Source: Chiloscyllium plagiosum
Taxonomy: Eukaryota
Assembly (NCBI RefSeq): GCF_004010195.1
Contig: NC_057719.1
Location: 30,251,853 to 30,315,852 of the forward strand
Direction of reading: 5' to 3'
DNA length: 64,000 bases
Shown here: one piece after another, positions 43,231 to 58,680 of the stretch
How positions within the stretch are numbered: the stretch's first letter is position 1
How the letters are laid out: every line of letters begins with the position of its first letter
The notes under the pieces: generated by a model
Told to the model about the DNA's origin: nothing
The model's database searches: none
What the model saw: only the letters and a program-made list of their open reading frames with translations
Position numbers and translations under genes: made by a program

Positions 43231-44848
43231 TAGGTTAAGTTTAAAACAATTTTTATTGAATCAATTCTTCTGCTTTCTTTGAAAATTAGTCAGTTTTTAT
43301 TAAAAATAGAAAGGATTTAAATTATTGTAACTTTCCCTTGCACAGTGTGACAAATTTTACCATCTGAAAAACACAGCTTAAAATATCCACATATCAGAAA
43401 TGTTTGTAATTGTTCAGAAAACAAACTAACAGTTATATTTCAAACATTAGAAACATTTAAATGTTTTAGTACAGTTTTTCAATTCTTTTTGGAGTTGGTG
43501 GAATGGTGATGTCAGTGTCAGAAAATAAAATACTTAATCATTTTGTCCACCCAGTGTGCTCATTCATTTGCCTGAACTTCGTGGTCAGTTGTTCAGTACG
43601 CCTTCATGAAGAATTTTGCATTGAAACTAGTGATGGTTAGAGAGCTAAATTAGCATGACACCCTGCATAAGCAAACAGCTGCTACTTTCTAAGGCAATGA
43701 GAATCCACTCCTTTATCATTGCTATGTTTTCAATTCCCACATCGCATATTAACCACCTTACTGACAAGTCTGCCAATTAATACTGAATTATATTTGCCCA
43801 TTAGTAACTCAAAAGAGAATGGCTAGGCTCATTTTACCCAATCAGAATGTGATTGAACAAACTCCAAACGTCAGCAAAACTTAAAGTTCATTATTTCTAT
43901 TTACTATTGAGAAAAATCATGTGCTGTTCATGATGACATTTGAACGGCATAATGCATCAGCTGGTCAAAAGTAGTTGCTTTTGCACACCCTCTAAATAAT
44001 TACACACCTGGGCTGAGTCTGCGGCTTCAAAGTGTAGTTGTTTAATACCAATTCTCGAGTTTGAGTTGATCATGATTTGTGATAGTACTTATTTTCCTGG
44101 GGCTTCTTATTCCTTTATTGCTTGCCCTTTCCTTTAAACTCATTATACCATCAATAGTGGGCACTTTCTTTCAAATATTTCTTGAAGGATAATAAATGGT
44201 ATTGAAATAGAAGTCAAGTATCAACACTTTTACTAACATTTGTACAAATAATATTGTTCATATTTATTCAAAATAATAGAAAAAGTAAGACTAAGTTTTT
44301 TTTATTGCACACTATTTAAATAGTTATCAAAAGCATGTGTAATGATATGCTTTATGAATAAACTAACTTGTTTCCCTTATACTTCCTACGTGTTCATCCA
44401 TCTACATTCATGAAACCTGAGGTAGATAGGTCATGAACAGTGCCATCGATGCCATCAGCAAATATTCCTTGGTTATGTAATGTTCTGTCCATTCCAAAGG
44501 TGACTCAATCAAGAATGTGACATCCACAACCAAATGTTAGTTTAGAGTGGGATCCAAATATGTCTTTCACTAGATAAAATGCAGAACAACTTTGCGATGA
44601 TACTGGGGATCCCATAAACTGGTGATTTTGCTTCTATGTCTCTTTTTAGTGTGGTTAGCAAAGCATGTAGGATCTTGTGCTTCATAACTGGAGGTGTTGG
44701 GTAGAAAAGTAAGTCATGCTGGAACTTCATAAAGCTTTGGTTAGCTCAAAACACAGTATTATATATAGTTATTTTCACCACATTTCAGGAATAATGCAAG
44801 GGGTATAGGAGATTTACCAGAATGGTTCCTGGGATATCATTTATATAT

Positions 44849-45112
44849 GGGTGGCACGGTGGATCAGTGGTTAGCACTGCTGCTTCACAGCACCAGGGTC
44901 CCAGGTTCGATTCCAGCCTCGGGTGGCTGTCTGTGTGGAGTTTGCACATTCTCCCCGTGCCTGTGTGGGATTCCTCCCACAGTCCAAAGATGTGCAAGTT
45001 GCCCATAGAGTTAGGTGCATTAGTCAGAAGGAATTGGGTCTGGGTCTTCGGAGGGTCGGTGTGGACTGGTTGGGCTGAGGGGTCTGTTTCCACATTGTAG
45101 GTAATCTAATCT
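44849..45112 (+). mobile_element. HE1-like tRNA SINE
   Basis: A and B boxes, taatctaatct tail. Confidence 0.9.
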
Positions 45113-45588
45113 CATATTCCTATCCAAATCATTTAGGAATGGTTAGTAAGTTTGCATATTACACCAAAATTGGTGTAGTGGGCAGTGAAGAAAGTACAAT
45201 GGGACCTTGATGAATTGGGCCAATGGGCCAAGGAATATATATGAGGCATTGCATTTTGGAAAGGCAAATCAGGGCAGGACTTATATACTTAATGTTAGGC
45301 GGGTCCTGGAGAGTATTGCTGAACAAACAGACCTTTGGGTGCAGGTTCACAGTTCCTTTAAGGTGGTGTCACAGGTAGATACGGTAGTGAAGATGATGTT
45401 TGGTATGCTTGCCCTTATTAGTCAGTGCATTGAATGTAGGAGCTGGGGTGTCATGTTGTGGCTGGTTAGGCCACTTCTGGAATACTACATTGAGTCTGCT
45501 CTCCCTGCTACAGGAAAGATGTTGTGAAATTTGAAAGAGTTCAGAAAAGATTTACAAGGATGTTGCCAGGGTTGGAGAGTTTGAGCTA

Positions 45589-45915
45589 TAGATTAGATTA
45601 GATTACATTACATTGTGGAAACAGGCCCTTCGGCCCAACAAGTCCACACCAACCCACCGAAGCGCAGCCCACCCATACCCCTACATTTACCCCTTACCTA
45701 ACACTACAGGCAATTTAGCATGGCCAATTCACCTAACCTGCCCTAACCTGCACATCTTTGGACTGTGGGAGGAAACCGGAGCACCCGGAGGTAACCCACG
45801 CAGACACGGGGAGAACGTGCAAACTCCACACAGTCAGTCGCCTGAGGCGGGAATTGAACCCGGGTCTCCGGCGCTGTGAGGCAGCAGTGGTAACAACTGT
45901 GCCACCGTGCCGCCC
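45589..45915 (-). mobile_element. Young HE1-like tRNA SINE inserted into CR1
   Basis: Reverse complement closely matches 38071-38399; interrupts CR1 at gagcta|...|gggagaagctg. Confidence 0.92.
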
Positions 45916-46833
45916 ATGGGAGAAGCTGAACAGGCTTGGGGCTATTTTCCCTGGAGCATTGGAGGTTGAGGGGTGACCTTATAGAGATTTATAAAATCAT
46001 GAGGGGTATGGATAGGGTGAATAGACAAGATCTTTTTCCTAGGGTAGTGTAGTCCAAAACTAGAGGAAATAGGTTTAAGGTGAGAGGGGAAATATTTAAA
46101 AGGGATCCAAGGGGCAAACTTTTCACGCAACATGTAGTGTGTGTATGGAGTGAGCTGCCAGAGGAAGTGCGAGAGGTTGGTACAATTAAAACTTTGAAAA
46201 AGCATCTAGATGGTTACATGAATAGGAAGGGTTGAGAGGGATATGGGCCAAATGCTAGCAAATGGGACTAGGTTAAATTTGGATATCTGGTTGGCATGGA
46301 TGAGTTGGACTAAAGGGTCTGTTTCCGTGCTTTACAACTGTGACTCTACGACAAGAGATTTTAGATGTAACCTTAAGTTGGAGAAACCAGGATTGTTCTT
46401 TTCCGAGCAGAGGACAGTGAGGGGAGATTTCATAGAAGTGTATAAGATTATAACAGGATTTAATAAAATAACCCAAGGAAAATCATTTCTCTTTAGCTAT
46501 GATACTAGGAAATGTAGATTTAAGACTTTGAAAAAGAGATACAAAGTGTATGTGAGGAAGTACTTTTTATTTTTTACAAAGCAAGGCCTGGAATTTATTG
46601 ACTATGAGAGTAGTGGAAGCAAAAACAATCACTGATTTAAAAAAAAATTGGATGAGCACTTGAGGGAAGTAAGCTTGCAGGGCTAGGAGTGTGGAGAAGG
46701 GCAATGGGACTAACTGAATTACTCTTGAGAAAACCAGACTTACTTAATGAGCTGAGTTGCCTCTTTCGATGTTTTCATGACTATATTGGGTTTAATGAAT
46801 GTGATTTCCAATTCAGTGCCAAAGTATGTATAA

Positions 46834-47076
<243 letters not shown>

Positions 47077-49816
47077 TAAAAAATGCTTTTCTTGGAATTG
47101 CTTGTTTGCCACCACTGTAGATTTAATCAAATTCTATTTGGCAAATGTGATTTCTGCCATTCCTCCAGTAAAGTTGCAGCTGTGAGAAGATTTCTTGTCT
47201 TTGTCAAATTCTTGTCCAGTTGACTGCCCTCTGTGCTTTTGATCATGTTGTTCAAAAAGTAAGAATTTTAACTTTTTGTTGAGGTGTTTTTGATACCTAA
47301 TTGACAGAACTGATTTTACTGCTGGATGTGCCAACATGTTTGAGCTATTCTTGGTGTGTCATCTTTTGTTAATAAAACATTTCCTAATTGAGTTATTCTA
47401 AAGAGATCACATTATCAAACGAAATATTAATAGAGAGTCTTGAGATAAATTGGCATTTGCACTAACCAATTGAACAATAGGTGCTCAGTGCAATCAGAAC
47501 AGCAGATCAAATGCCATGAATTTTTCATTCCTACGTTCTGCAACTAATGTTATGCTAGCATGCTTTTTAAGATGTCGATCAAATGTTCATTGTACTGGAA
47601 GAAAAAAAACATTTGCCTCAAAAAGTCTTGGTCTATTTCATTTTCACAGCTTCAACCAAAACTTTACCAGATGAAAATGTTCTTGCTGTGCATGGCGGTA
47701 AATCTATTGATGAACAAAGCATGCTGTATCTTGTCCCTGTTTAACTAACTTTTCCAACATTATGTGGAAAAGGCCAAAGGAAAATTTGACAACCAAATAT
47801 AGAAATATCTTTGGACACTTTATCACAAAGTTAAATTGAATTTCATGGTTCATTACAATTTACAAAAATGATGGAATTGAACAACAGCTAGTGTCCTATT
47901 AGCATCAGTAAAAAGTAATGTAATAAGGTTCTGCATGCAGTTCAGCTACAGGCAAAGTAATGATACAAAGTCAGCATTTTGGTCATTTAATTTTCTTTAG
48001 TCAGCATGGAAAGTAGAAATTGACAATATTGCTGACTATGAAAATGAGAATAAAAATTGATTCTGGTAGTGTAGAATATATGTGGAACTGGTTGGACAAG
48101 ATGTTTTGAGTTCTATGGTGTTCAAACATGTGTTTTCATTGCAGTGAAATGTGGGTTATAAAAAAGTTGAAGACAAATACAATACAGTATATAGTTAGAA
48201 TGATTCCTTACATGGATAGTCATATTGCCAGGATTTTCAATTACCCAAGGAGTAGGCACATTTTGAAAGCAGTTAACAGTCACTGAGCACTGATGCTTTC
48301 AAAGTGTGTGGGTAGGCAAGGTAGGAACCCACATTTAACAGCTTGTCAAGCTCTTTGGTAAGCTTGTTAATGGGAAGGGAAAGGAAGGAAGGTATTTTCA
48401 TTGTGTAAATTCCAAAGCTAACAAGTCTGGTGCATGTTAGTGTACTGTTGTGTAGTTCAGTACAGGGAGCAGTAAGCAATCTTTTCAAGAAAACGCTTTG
48501 CCGTTTAGAGAATTTTGTCTCAGGTTGGTTACAGTAACTTTTATTTGGCCATTTGGGTAATCCTCTGTGCAGTGAAGCTGCTCCTCCTGTGATGTCCTGC
48601 CTCCTCTCTTCCACTAAACAGGGGCAGGCCATATTATGCTGCCAACTGCCTTTGATGATCATGCTCTGCAGGCAGCTCCAAATTCTTGGCAGAATTTGAT
48701 GCCACTAACTGTGCTGAGCTTGACCCTTTTAGATACTTATATTTGAAGCTTGTGCTATTTGAGTGATACATGTGGGGTTTGGATCTGGAAATTGTTTGTG
48801 TGTTAAATTTACAACCTCTGATTAAAAATCATTTGATTCATCAGATCCAAGTTGAATTAATGGAATCTATGACTACAGAGGAAAACACCAACATAGATTG
48901 TTGGGATACAATACCTTTTTTCGGTGTTGCAATAATGTACTTTCTGTTAAATTCTCACTAGTTGGTGACAGAAGGCTGAAAGATGTGAACAAGACTTCTT
49001 CAATGGGAGGGAATGTGCTGTGGGCTGCATGGGAAAGGGAAGAAAATGATATTGCTTAGTGAATGGAATTTGGGATATATTGAGGGTGAAGCTTGCTGTG
49101 GGAAAGCAGAACCACATCATAGGTTCTGACTATGGGACCCAGGAAAATGGCCAGAGTGCTGACCACAGACAGATTAGGTATGGATATTGAAGTAGAGGAA
49201 TGGGTATTTTACATACAACCAGTCTGTAGACAACCAGGTCCATTTGCTAGGCAGCAGCCTATTGACTGATAGGAACCAGTGAAGGAGGTAGCTAATCACG
49301 GGGCTTGATAAGTGGGATATAATATTTTAGTTTGCTTTGTTTTGTCTTCTCACAAACCATATACACTGATATCTCCCTCAAACAATAAAGTTGAATCTTT
49401 TATCCTAAATAAGGGCCCAACTACTAGTTTACTATTGCAAACCCTTAATTTTAGCCACTTAGGTGCTAAAATGAACACCTCCACTGATTTCTTGATCTAG
49501 AAGTCCCTGGATAAGTTCAACAATGTCCTGTTATCAATTGTAAAGAACTTAAAATGAGTAAACGTTCCTCTTGGTACATTTGTGACACTGGCCATGCTTA
49601 TGGCCTATGAGAGGGAGAACATTATTCTTGGACCAAATGGTGATTAGTTTTGCAATTGAATGGAACCAAAAATACTGTATATGTAACCTATCGTGTGATC
49701 TCAGTGTGAGACTGAGGTTATGCAGACAAGCTTTAGGGTGCCTCTGGCTTGTTTCCTTCTCTGAAATCAAATCATTTTCTGTTTTCTTTCTAATCAATCC
49801 AGTTTGTTGAAGTTGA

Positions 49817-50029
<213 letters not shown>

Positions 50030-50104
50030 TGAATACACTTTGTGCTAGAAGTGCAAGCTGATGGTGAGGTTAATGAGTATATGGAACCCTGGTGAACAAT
50101 GCAA

Positions 50105-50340
50105 TTGAAAGAACCAAAACAGTAATTGCTGGAGAAACTCAGCAGGTCTGGCAGCATCTGTGGGGAGAAAGCAGAGTTAACATCTTGGGTCCAGTGACTT
50201 TGAATATTCTGAAGAAGGATCACTGGACCAGAAACATTAACTCTGATTTCTGTCCACAGCTTTGCTGCCAGACCTGCTGAGTTTCTCCAGCAATTTCTGG
50301 TTCTGTTTCAGATTTCCAGCATCCACAGTTCTTTTGCCTT
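50105..50340. mobile_element. Penelope-derived hairpin element, second family, with hammerhead motif at 50209-50238
   Basis: Arms gctggagaaactcagcaggtctggcagca / tgctgccagacctgctgagtttctccagc; CTGAAGA-AGGATC-ACTG-GACCA-GAAAC-ATT. Confidence 0.85.
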
Positions 50341-50574
50341 TTTTGTTTAATGACAGTCTTTCTCACCAACAATGGAGAATTTAGAATTGAGAACAAAAAC
50401 AAATATGTGACTGAGAAGCAAATTTGATGGATCAGAATCCAAATCAGGCACAGAAAAGAGAAGAGATTTTAAAAAAGACAAAGCGGAAATAAGAAATACT
50501 TTGAAAATTTATATCATTTAAAATTCTCTAGCATCAATTTGCTATCGTGGGAATGAGAATTCAGTTTCTATTGG

Positions 50575-50775
50575 AGAAACAGAGTGCTGGAGAAACATAG
50601 CAGCTCTGGCAGCATCTGTAGAGAGAAAACAAAGTTAACATTTCGAGTCCAGTGACCCTTTGTCAGACTGACATCACTGGACTTGGAACATTAATTCTGT
50701 TTTCTCTCCACAAGTGCTGCCAAACCTGGTGTGTTTTTGTTTAAGGCTTTCCAGCATCCGCAATTCTTAGTGTTT
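50575..50775. mobile_element. Second-family Penelope-derived hairpin; decayed hammerhead on minus strand at 50637-50666
   Basis: Similar to 50105-50340; minus strand CTGACAA-AGGGTC-ACTG-GACTC-GAAA-TG-TT. Confidence 0.75.
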
Positions 50776-50789
50776 ACCTCAGTACGACC

Positions 50790-51080
50790 GGGCGGTACAG
50801 TGGCTCAGTGGTTAGCACTGCTGCTTCACAGCGCCAGGGACTCAGGTTTGAGTCCCACCTGGGGCGACTGTCTATGTAGAGTTTGCACATTCTCCCGTGT
50901 CTGCATGGGTTTCCTCTGGGTGCTCCAGTTTCTTCCCACAATCCAAACATGTGCAGGTTCAGTGAATTGGCTATGCTAAATTGCCCATGGTGTTAGGTGT
51001 GTTAGTAAGGGGTAAATATAGGGTAGGGGAATGGGTTTGAGTGGGTTACTCTTCGGAGGGTCGGTGTGGACTTGTTGGGC
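50790..51080 (+). mobile_element. HE1-like tRNA SINE, 3' truncated
   Basis: TGGCTCAGTGG A-box; same body as 38071. Confidence 0.88.
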
Positions 51081-51513
51081 ACCTATGCCAATTACCAGTT
51101 CTAACATTTTGTGAAGAATTTAATTGGCAATGAATATGCAAATGTAGTAATATCTTGAAATTCATGGGGAAGTTGAGGGCAAGCTATCATTCTTGTGAGG
51201 TTGGTGGCAGTATGGAGCAAACAGTTCAGTAACTTAATTACAATTTGTAATTAAGAGGGCATTTCTTCCTTACCATAAATTTATGTATTAATAATGACAT
51301 GCGAATTAATCCTACTGTTATTTTGGTGCAAATTCTGGGCTTTTAGTAAGCTGACCTGTTTTATAAGGTTTGTAGAAACTATTAAAAATAAATTAGCACA
51401 AAACAAACTAAAAATAAGACATTTTATCTTTTTCAAATTACTTCAAGTTTGACGAACTTTAATTGGGCAACAAAGCCTAACTCTAGTATTCAAACAATTA
51501 TTTCAAAGGATGA

Positions 51514-51816
<303 letters not shown>

Positions 51817-52190
51817 TGATTGTTAGAATAGTGTGTTTTTGTGCAAGTTGTATTTAATAAATGAAAACAGGAAAAATATAAGCAATTAAGTTATTAGTGC
51901 TTTGCTTGAGTGGAATTAATTATTGTTTTTATGTAAAATAAGCAAGTGAGGTTTGTTGTCACTTATCTTTTGAAAATAAACCAGCATTTCTGAATGAAGA
52001 GTAATGGTCAGTAAGTCCTTTTTCGTTTGCTGGTTATTTATCAGCTGTCCTACCAAAAAATCGATTTTGGTAATTCATCAAGATTAATTGAGACTGTGGC
52101 ATACTTGTTTAAATACTTTATAGCCATTATTGACAGACACTTGTCATTATAAATGTTAATCAAAGTATTTTTAATTTGTTTTCTCTTTGA

Positions 52191-52475
<285 letters not shown>

Positions 52476-52746
52476 TAGCTGAAGAAGAGTCATATTGGAC
52501 TCAAAATATTAACTGTTTCTCTCACTACAGAAGGTGGCCAAGCAAGTTGAAACAGTTGTTAAGAAGGATTACAGCCTTATAGGATCTTTGGGTTTATAAA
52601 TAGAGGCATAGAGTACAAAAGTAAGGAAGTGAGGTGACACCTCTACAAATCATTGAGTGTACCACGTTTACAGTATTGTATTCAGTTCAGGGCACCTTAT
52701 TTAAGGAAGGATGTTAAAGTCCTGGAAAGATTGCCGGGGACATTCA

Positions 52747-55025
52747 TAGAGTCATAGAGATGTACAGCATGGAAACAGACTCTTCGGTCCAACCTGTCCA
52801 TGCTGACCAGATATCCCAACCCATTCTAGTCCCACCTGCCAGCACCCAGCCCATATCCCTCCAAACCCTTCCTATTCATATACTCATCCAAATGCCTTTT
52901 AAATGTTTCAATTGTACCAGCCTCAACCACTTCCTCTGGCAGCTCATTCCATACATGTACCACCCTCTGTGTGAAAAGGTTGCCCCTTAGGTCTCTTTTA
53001 TATCTTTCCCCGCGCGCCCTAAACCTATGCCCTCTAGGTCTGGACTCCCCGACCCCAGGGAAAAGACTTTATCTATTTATCCTATCCATGCCCCTCTATA
53101 ATTTTGTAAACCTCTATTAGGTCACCCCTCAACCTCCGACACTCCAGGAAAATCAACCCCAGCCTGTTCTGCATCTCCCTATAGCTCAAATCCTCCAATC
53201 CTGGCAACATCCTTGTAAATCTTTTCTGAACCCTTTCAAGTTTCACAACATCATTCTGAGAGGATGGAGACAAGAATTGCACACAATATTCCAACAGTGG
53301 CCTAACCAATGTCCTGTACAGCCGCAACGTGACCTCCCAACTCCTGTACTCAATACTCTTGACCAATAAAAAAAGGATACCAAACGCTTTCTACCTACCT
53401 GTGACTCCACTTGCAAGGAGCTATGAACCTGCACTCCGAGGTCTCTTTGTTCAGCAACACTTCCGAGGACCTTACCATTAAGTGTATACATCCTGCTAAG
53501 ATTTGCTTTCCCAAAATGCAGCACCTCGCATTTATCTGAATTAAGCTCCATCTGCCACTTCTCAGCCCATCGGCCCATCTGGTTGTAATCTGAGGTAACC
53601 CTCTTCGCTGTCCACTATAACTCCAATTTTGGTGTCATCTGCAAACTTACTAACTGTACCTCTTATGCTCACATCCAAATCATTTATGTAAATGACAAAA
53701 AGTATTGGGCCCAGCACTGATCCTGTGGTATTCCACTGGTCACAGACCTCCAGTCTGAAAAACAACCCTCCACCACCACCCTCTGTCTTCTGCCTTTGAG
53801 CCAGTTCTATATCCAAATGGCTAGTTCTCTCTGTATTCCGTGAGATCTAACCTTGCTAACTAATTTCCTATGGGGAACCTTGTCGAACGTCTTACTGAAG
53901 TCCATATAGATCACATCTACAGCTCTGCCCTCCTCAATCCTCTTTGTCCCTTCTTCAAAAAAACTCAATCAAGTTTGTGAGACATGATTTCCCATGCACG
54001 AAGCCATGTTGACTATCCCTCTTCAGTCTTTGCCTTTCCAAATATATGTACATCCTGTCCCTCCGGATTCTCTCCAACAACTTGCCCACCACCGACATCA
54101 GGCTCACTGGTCTATAGTTTCCTGGCTTGTCCTTACCACCCTTCTTAAACAGTGACACCATGTTTGCCAACCTCCAGTCTTCCAGCACCTTATCTGTGAC
54201 TATCGATGATACAAATATCTCAGCAAGAGGCCCAGCAATCACTTCACTAGCTTCCCACAGAGTTCTAGGATACACCTGATCAGGTCCTGGGGATTTATCC
54301 ACCTTTATGCGTTTCAAGACATCCAGCATTTCCTCCTCTATAATATGGACATTTTGCAAGGTATCACCATCTAATTCCCTATAGTCTATATCTTCCACAT
54401 CCTTTTCCACAGTAAGTACTGATGCAAAATACTCATTTAGTATCTCCCGTATATTCTGTGGCTCCACACAAAGGCCACCTTACTGATCTTTGAGGGGCCC
54501 TATTCTCTCCCTAGTTACCCTTTTGACCTTAACGTATTTGTAAAAACCCTTTGGATTCTCCTTAATTCTATTTGCCAAAGCTATCCCAATTTCCCTTTTT
54601 GCCCTCCTGATTTCCCTCTTAAGTATACTCCTACTGCCTTTACACTCTTCTAAGGATTCACTTGATCTATCCTGTCTATACTTTACATATGCTTCCTTCT
54701 TTTTCTTAGTGAAACCCTCAATTTCTTTAGTCATCCAGCATTCCCTATACCTATCAGCCTTTCCTTTCACCCTAACAGGAATATACTTTCTCTGGATTCT
54801 TGTTATCTCATTCCTGATGGCTTCCCATTTTCCAGCCGTCCCTTTACCTGTGAATATCTACCCCCAATCAGTTTTTGAAAGTTCTTGCCTAATACCATCA
54901 AAATTAACCTTTCTCCAATTTAGACCTTCAACTTTTAGATGTGGTCTATCCTTTTCCATCACTATTTTAAATGTAATGGAATTATGGCGCTCCCCCACTG
55001 ATACCTCAGTCTCCTGCCCTGCCTT
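52747..55025 (-). mobile_element. Young CR1 LINE inserted in an older + strand CR1 (about 52530-52746 and 55026-55480)
   Basis: ORFs across 53082-54770 with RT motifs; (TCATAGAG)n tail; ATTCA at both junctions. Confidence 0.92.
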
Positions 55026-56229
55026 ATTCACTAGATTGGTACCATGAGTGAGGGATTTTAAATACACGGAAAGGTTAGTGAAATTAGGCTTATTCTCCTT
55101 GGAGCAGGGAAAAGTAAGAGGTGACCTTATTGAGGTGTTCAAAGTTACTAACAATATTGATGGGACATAAAAGGTTACTTTGTCTCTGCTAGTTGATATG
55201 TCAGTAACTGTAGGGTCACAATTTCATTGATTATCAGCTAGATAGTTATGAATGAGCTGATGAGAAACTTCTTTACTCGGAATTGGTTACGATTTGGGAA
55301 GTGCTGCCCAGGAAAGTGATGGGGTGGATTTAAAGGAGGTTTCAAGAGAGAGCTGGATATATATTTGAAAGTGAACTTAGAGGTAAACAGAGATACAGCT
55401 GGAGAATGGGACTAGGTGGGTAACTCTTTTGGGAGTGGGCGCAGTGGGTCAAATGGCCTCCTTTTGTACTGTAAAATTCTGTTATTTTATATTGCAGCCC
55501 TGCTGAGTTTCTCCAGCATTTACACTTTTTAATTTCATACTTCCAGCATCTGCGGTATTTATATTTTATGACCAAAGCTTTGGTATAGTTTCTTTGTGTT
55601 TTTTTGGTCAAATTAAATGTCCCTAATGTTCTCTAATCAACCCCTTTCTTTTTCACAATATTAAAGCTATGAATTAAGGTTTTGCAATCCTTCAGCAATT
55701 CACAATTCAATCCATTAAAAATTAATGGATTAGCACCTTTGTTCAAATAAAAATAAATCATGTATAAGCAAGTTGATGTATTTGTTTCTAAAATTGCAAT
55801 GAAATTTTATTCCATTCCATTCTAAATGCTGCCAGGTTTCTATGACCTTTTTGATTAAATGAGTGTTTGGACACCTTGACAGGTATTGTGAGGGAACAAC
55901 ATCCCCTAAAATGCAGATAATTAGCGCATAGAGATGTGAAATAAACACATGGTCCAGAAAAGCAAATTTTGTTAGGATTCACTACTTCAATGAATTACCC
56001 ACAACCTTTAACCATACCTACGTTAAAATTATTAAAAATAAAACAGTAGTCCTTTTTCTTAAGTTGCTGAGTCATCTGCTGTATTTGGAAGGAGACCTGT
56101 AATTAAAGTTTGCCATATATTGAGTCAACTTCGTCTGAATTAGCTTCTTCCTATATTTTGCATCTGGATAGGAACTCTAGTAAATAGGAACAACATTATC
56201 AAAATAACTGCGCCTTTGTGAAATACATT

Positions 56230-57790
56230 TGGAAGGTAAGTTGTAACGAGTGATGTTCCATAGGGATCAGTATTGGGATCTCAACATTTTAGGGTTCATT
56301 TAAATTACTTGGATAAAGGCATCAATGGTATGGTTGCTAAATTTATTGATGGCATAAATAGGTAGGAAAGTGAGATGTAAAAAGGACATAAGGTGGTGAC
56401 AAAGGGATATAGGTTCGCTAGTTGAGTGAGCAAAGACCTGGCAAATGGAGGAAGATGTGGAAAAATGTGAAATGCAAGAAAAATAAAATAAAAGCATCCA
56501 AATGAATAATAAGGAGTTCTGAGATACAGAGAGATCTGGTTGTCCTAATGCATGAAATATAAGGTTAGTCTGCAGGTACAGAAAATAGTTAGGAACTCTG
56601 ATAGATTGTTATTGCTCATTGCAAAGGGTCAATAAAAACAAATGTAGGGAGATTATGCTTCACAGGCATTAATGAGCACACATCTGGAGTACTGAGCACA
56701 AGATTTATTTAAGCAAGATGTAAATACATTGGAAGCAGTTCAGAGAAGGTTTACTAGACTAATGCCTGGAATGGTTAGGTTATCTTATTAAAAAGGTCAG
56801 ACAGACTAGCTTGATGTGCAGGTGCTGGTGTTGAACTGGGGTGGACAAAGTTAAAAATCACCAGTTTATAGTCCAACAGGTTTATTTGGAAGTACAAGCT
56901 TTTGGAGCACTGCTCTTTCGTCAGGTAGCTAGTGGGGCAGGATCATAGGGCACAAAATTTATAATAAAAGATTGAAGTGTCATAGAACTGATGCAATGTA
57001 TTGAACAAACCTGGATTGCTGTTAAGTCGTTAATCACTTAGAATGGGGATGCAGGTTTTGATTGATTTATATGTAAATCCCAGAACTACTTTCGAGTCAG
57101 AGTCCTGAGTTAACTTAAGGTTTTAGAAGTATTTAAAAAAAGGTGACATCTCAGCTCAGACAATGCATTGAAGTTGTGAGATTAGAGTCTGTCTGTATCC
57201 CACTCTTGAGTCAGACTGGTCCTATTAGCAAAATAGGAATTTATATTGACTGCCTATAGATTGTATGCTTTTTGAACAAAATAGAATGTGAGTATGATCG
57301 TGTCTAAGAGTGTGTGTGTGTGTGTGAGAGTGAGTGTGAGGGTGTATAGCATAGTGTGGTCACCTATAGTGTGACATGAATCCAAGACTAGACTTGAATC
57401 CACTGAAGTTCAGAAGAGTGGGTGGTGACTTCATTGAAACATAAGATCCTGAAGAGGCTTGACAAAGTACATGTGGAAAGGATGTTTTCTCTTGTGGGAG
57501 AAACTCAGGGTCACCATTTTTAAAAAAGGGGTGTCCAATTTGAAACAGAGATACTGAGAATATTTTTTCTCACATAGGATCACAAGTTTTTGGAACTCTG
57601 TTCTGAAAATGGTCATGGAAAAAGTCTTCAAATATTTTTACAGTGGAGGAAACAATGTTTCAATATTTTTGTGCTGGATGTGGATAGATCCTTGATAAGA
57701 AAGGGTTGAAAAGTTATCAGTGTAGGAGGGATTTATGCAGTACTTAGATCAACCATGACCTTATTGAACAACCGAGCAGGCCTTACATGT
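56230..57790 (+). mobile_element. Old CR1 RT/3' fragment interrupted by a Penelope 3' end
   Basis: Decayed VP.GSVLG, MVAKFID and LEAVQRRFTRLMPGM; continues after 57385. Confidence 0.75.
56815..57384 (-). mobile_element. Penelope-like element 3' end (ORF end LGFMSHYR*, CA/GT microsatellite, pLTR with hammerhead motif and AATAAA)
   Basis: Minus strand CTTGGATTCATGTCACACTATAGGTGA; CTGACGA-AAGAGC-AGT-GCTCC-AAAAGCTT at 56924-56896; imperfect flanking repeat agactag(a)cttga. Confidence 0.8.
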
Positions 57791-58025
57791 ACTCTGATCC
57801 AATTAAAAGAAAAAAATAGTAGTTCAAGTAGTGATTTTCAGGCATTGTCCCTTTGGATTAAATATTGCATCAATCATCATACATTTTTAGTAATTGATGA
57901 TTAATCCAAAAAGAGTAAAATTACACTTAGCACCTTAATATTTTTAAATGATTGTTTTCTTCCTAGTTTAAATTTCTTGACTTTTGCATGAGTCGTTATA
58001 AAGATTAATGTGCATTAGCCATTAA

Positions 58026-58181
<156 letters not shown>

Positions 58182-58565
58182 TAGCGAAAAGAAAATTTGA
58201 GTTTCCATAAAGACAGCATTTTAATTCATATGGATTATAGTTTTTGGAAGGTTTTGGTACTTGAGCAAAACTTTTACAAAACTTGAGTAAGTTATCAGTA
58301 AGAGTGTTCATAAATTTTTGCATCAAGTTAGTATGTACACTGCAATAATGTTTTCCAGTATTATTTCAAGTTTCCAGGCATAGGATTCAAATTTATTAAA
58401 TGGATTTACTGGTGGTTTCTGAAATTTAGTGAAATCTGGACATTATAATCATTTTTCTTGGAAAATATGCCAACAATTTATCTAATTTGTCAGCTACTTC
58501 AGGAAAAGGTCTCATTTTAGGCCTTTTTAGATGTACATTGTTATGCTGGCATTAACAGTTATCAT

Positions 58566-58680
58566 AGGTAAAAAGGTAAAAGGCATTCCTGATGAAGGGC
58601 TTTTGCCCGAAACGTCGATTTTGCTGAAGCTCCTCGGATGCTGCCTGAACTGCTGTGCTCTTCCAGCACCATTGATCCAG
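58566..58680 (+). mobile_element. Single-arm Penelope-derived insertion
   Basis: Exact 14-bp direct repeat TTAACAGTTATCAT at 58552-58565 and 58681-58694. Confidence 0.88.
58589..58616 (+). ncRNA. Minimal type I hammerhead ribozyme motif with intact catalytic core
   Basis: CUGAUGA-A-GGGC-UUUU-GCCC-GAAA-CG-UC; palindromic ACGU in place of a stable stem III; weak stem I. Confidence 0.75.

Larger units (their letters stand above)
44650..46790 (+). mobile_element. Nested cluster: old CR1 (44650-44848 and 46351-46790) holding a SINE and a younger CR1 (about 45134-46350)
   Basis: RFTRMVPG before and LEKPGLFFSEQR after the insertions; inner CR1 ORF 45207-45527 and gactcta tail. Confidence 0.8.
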
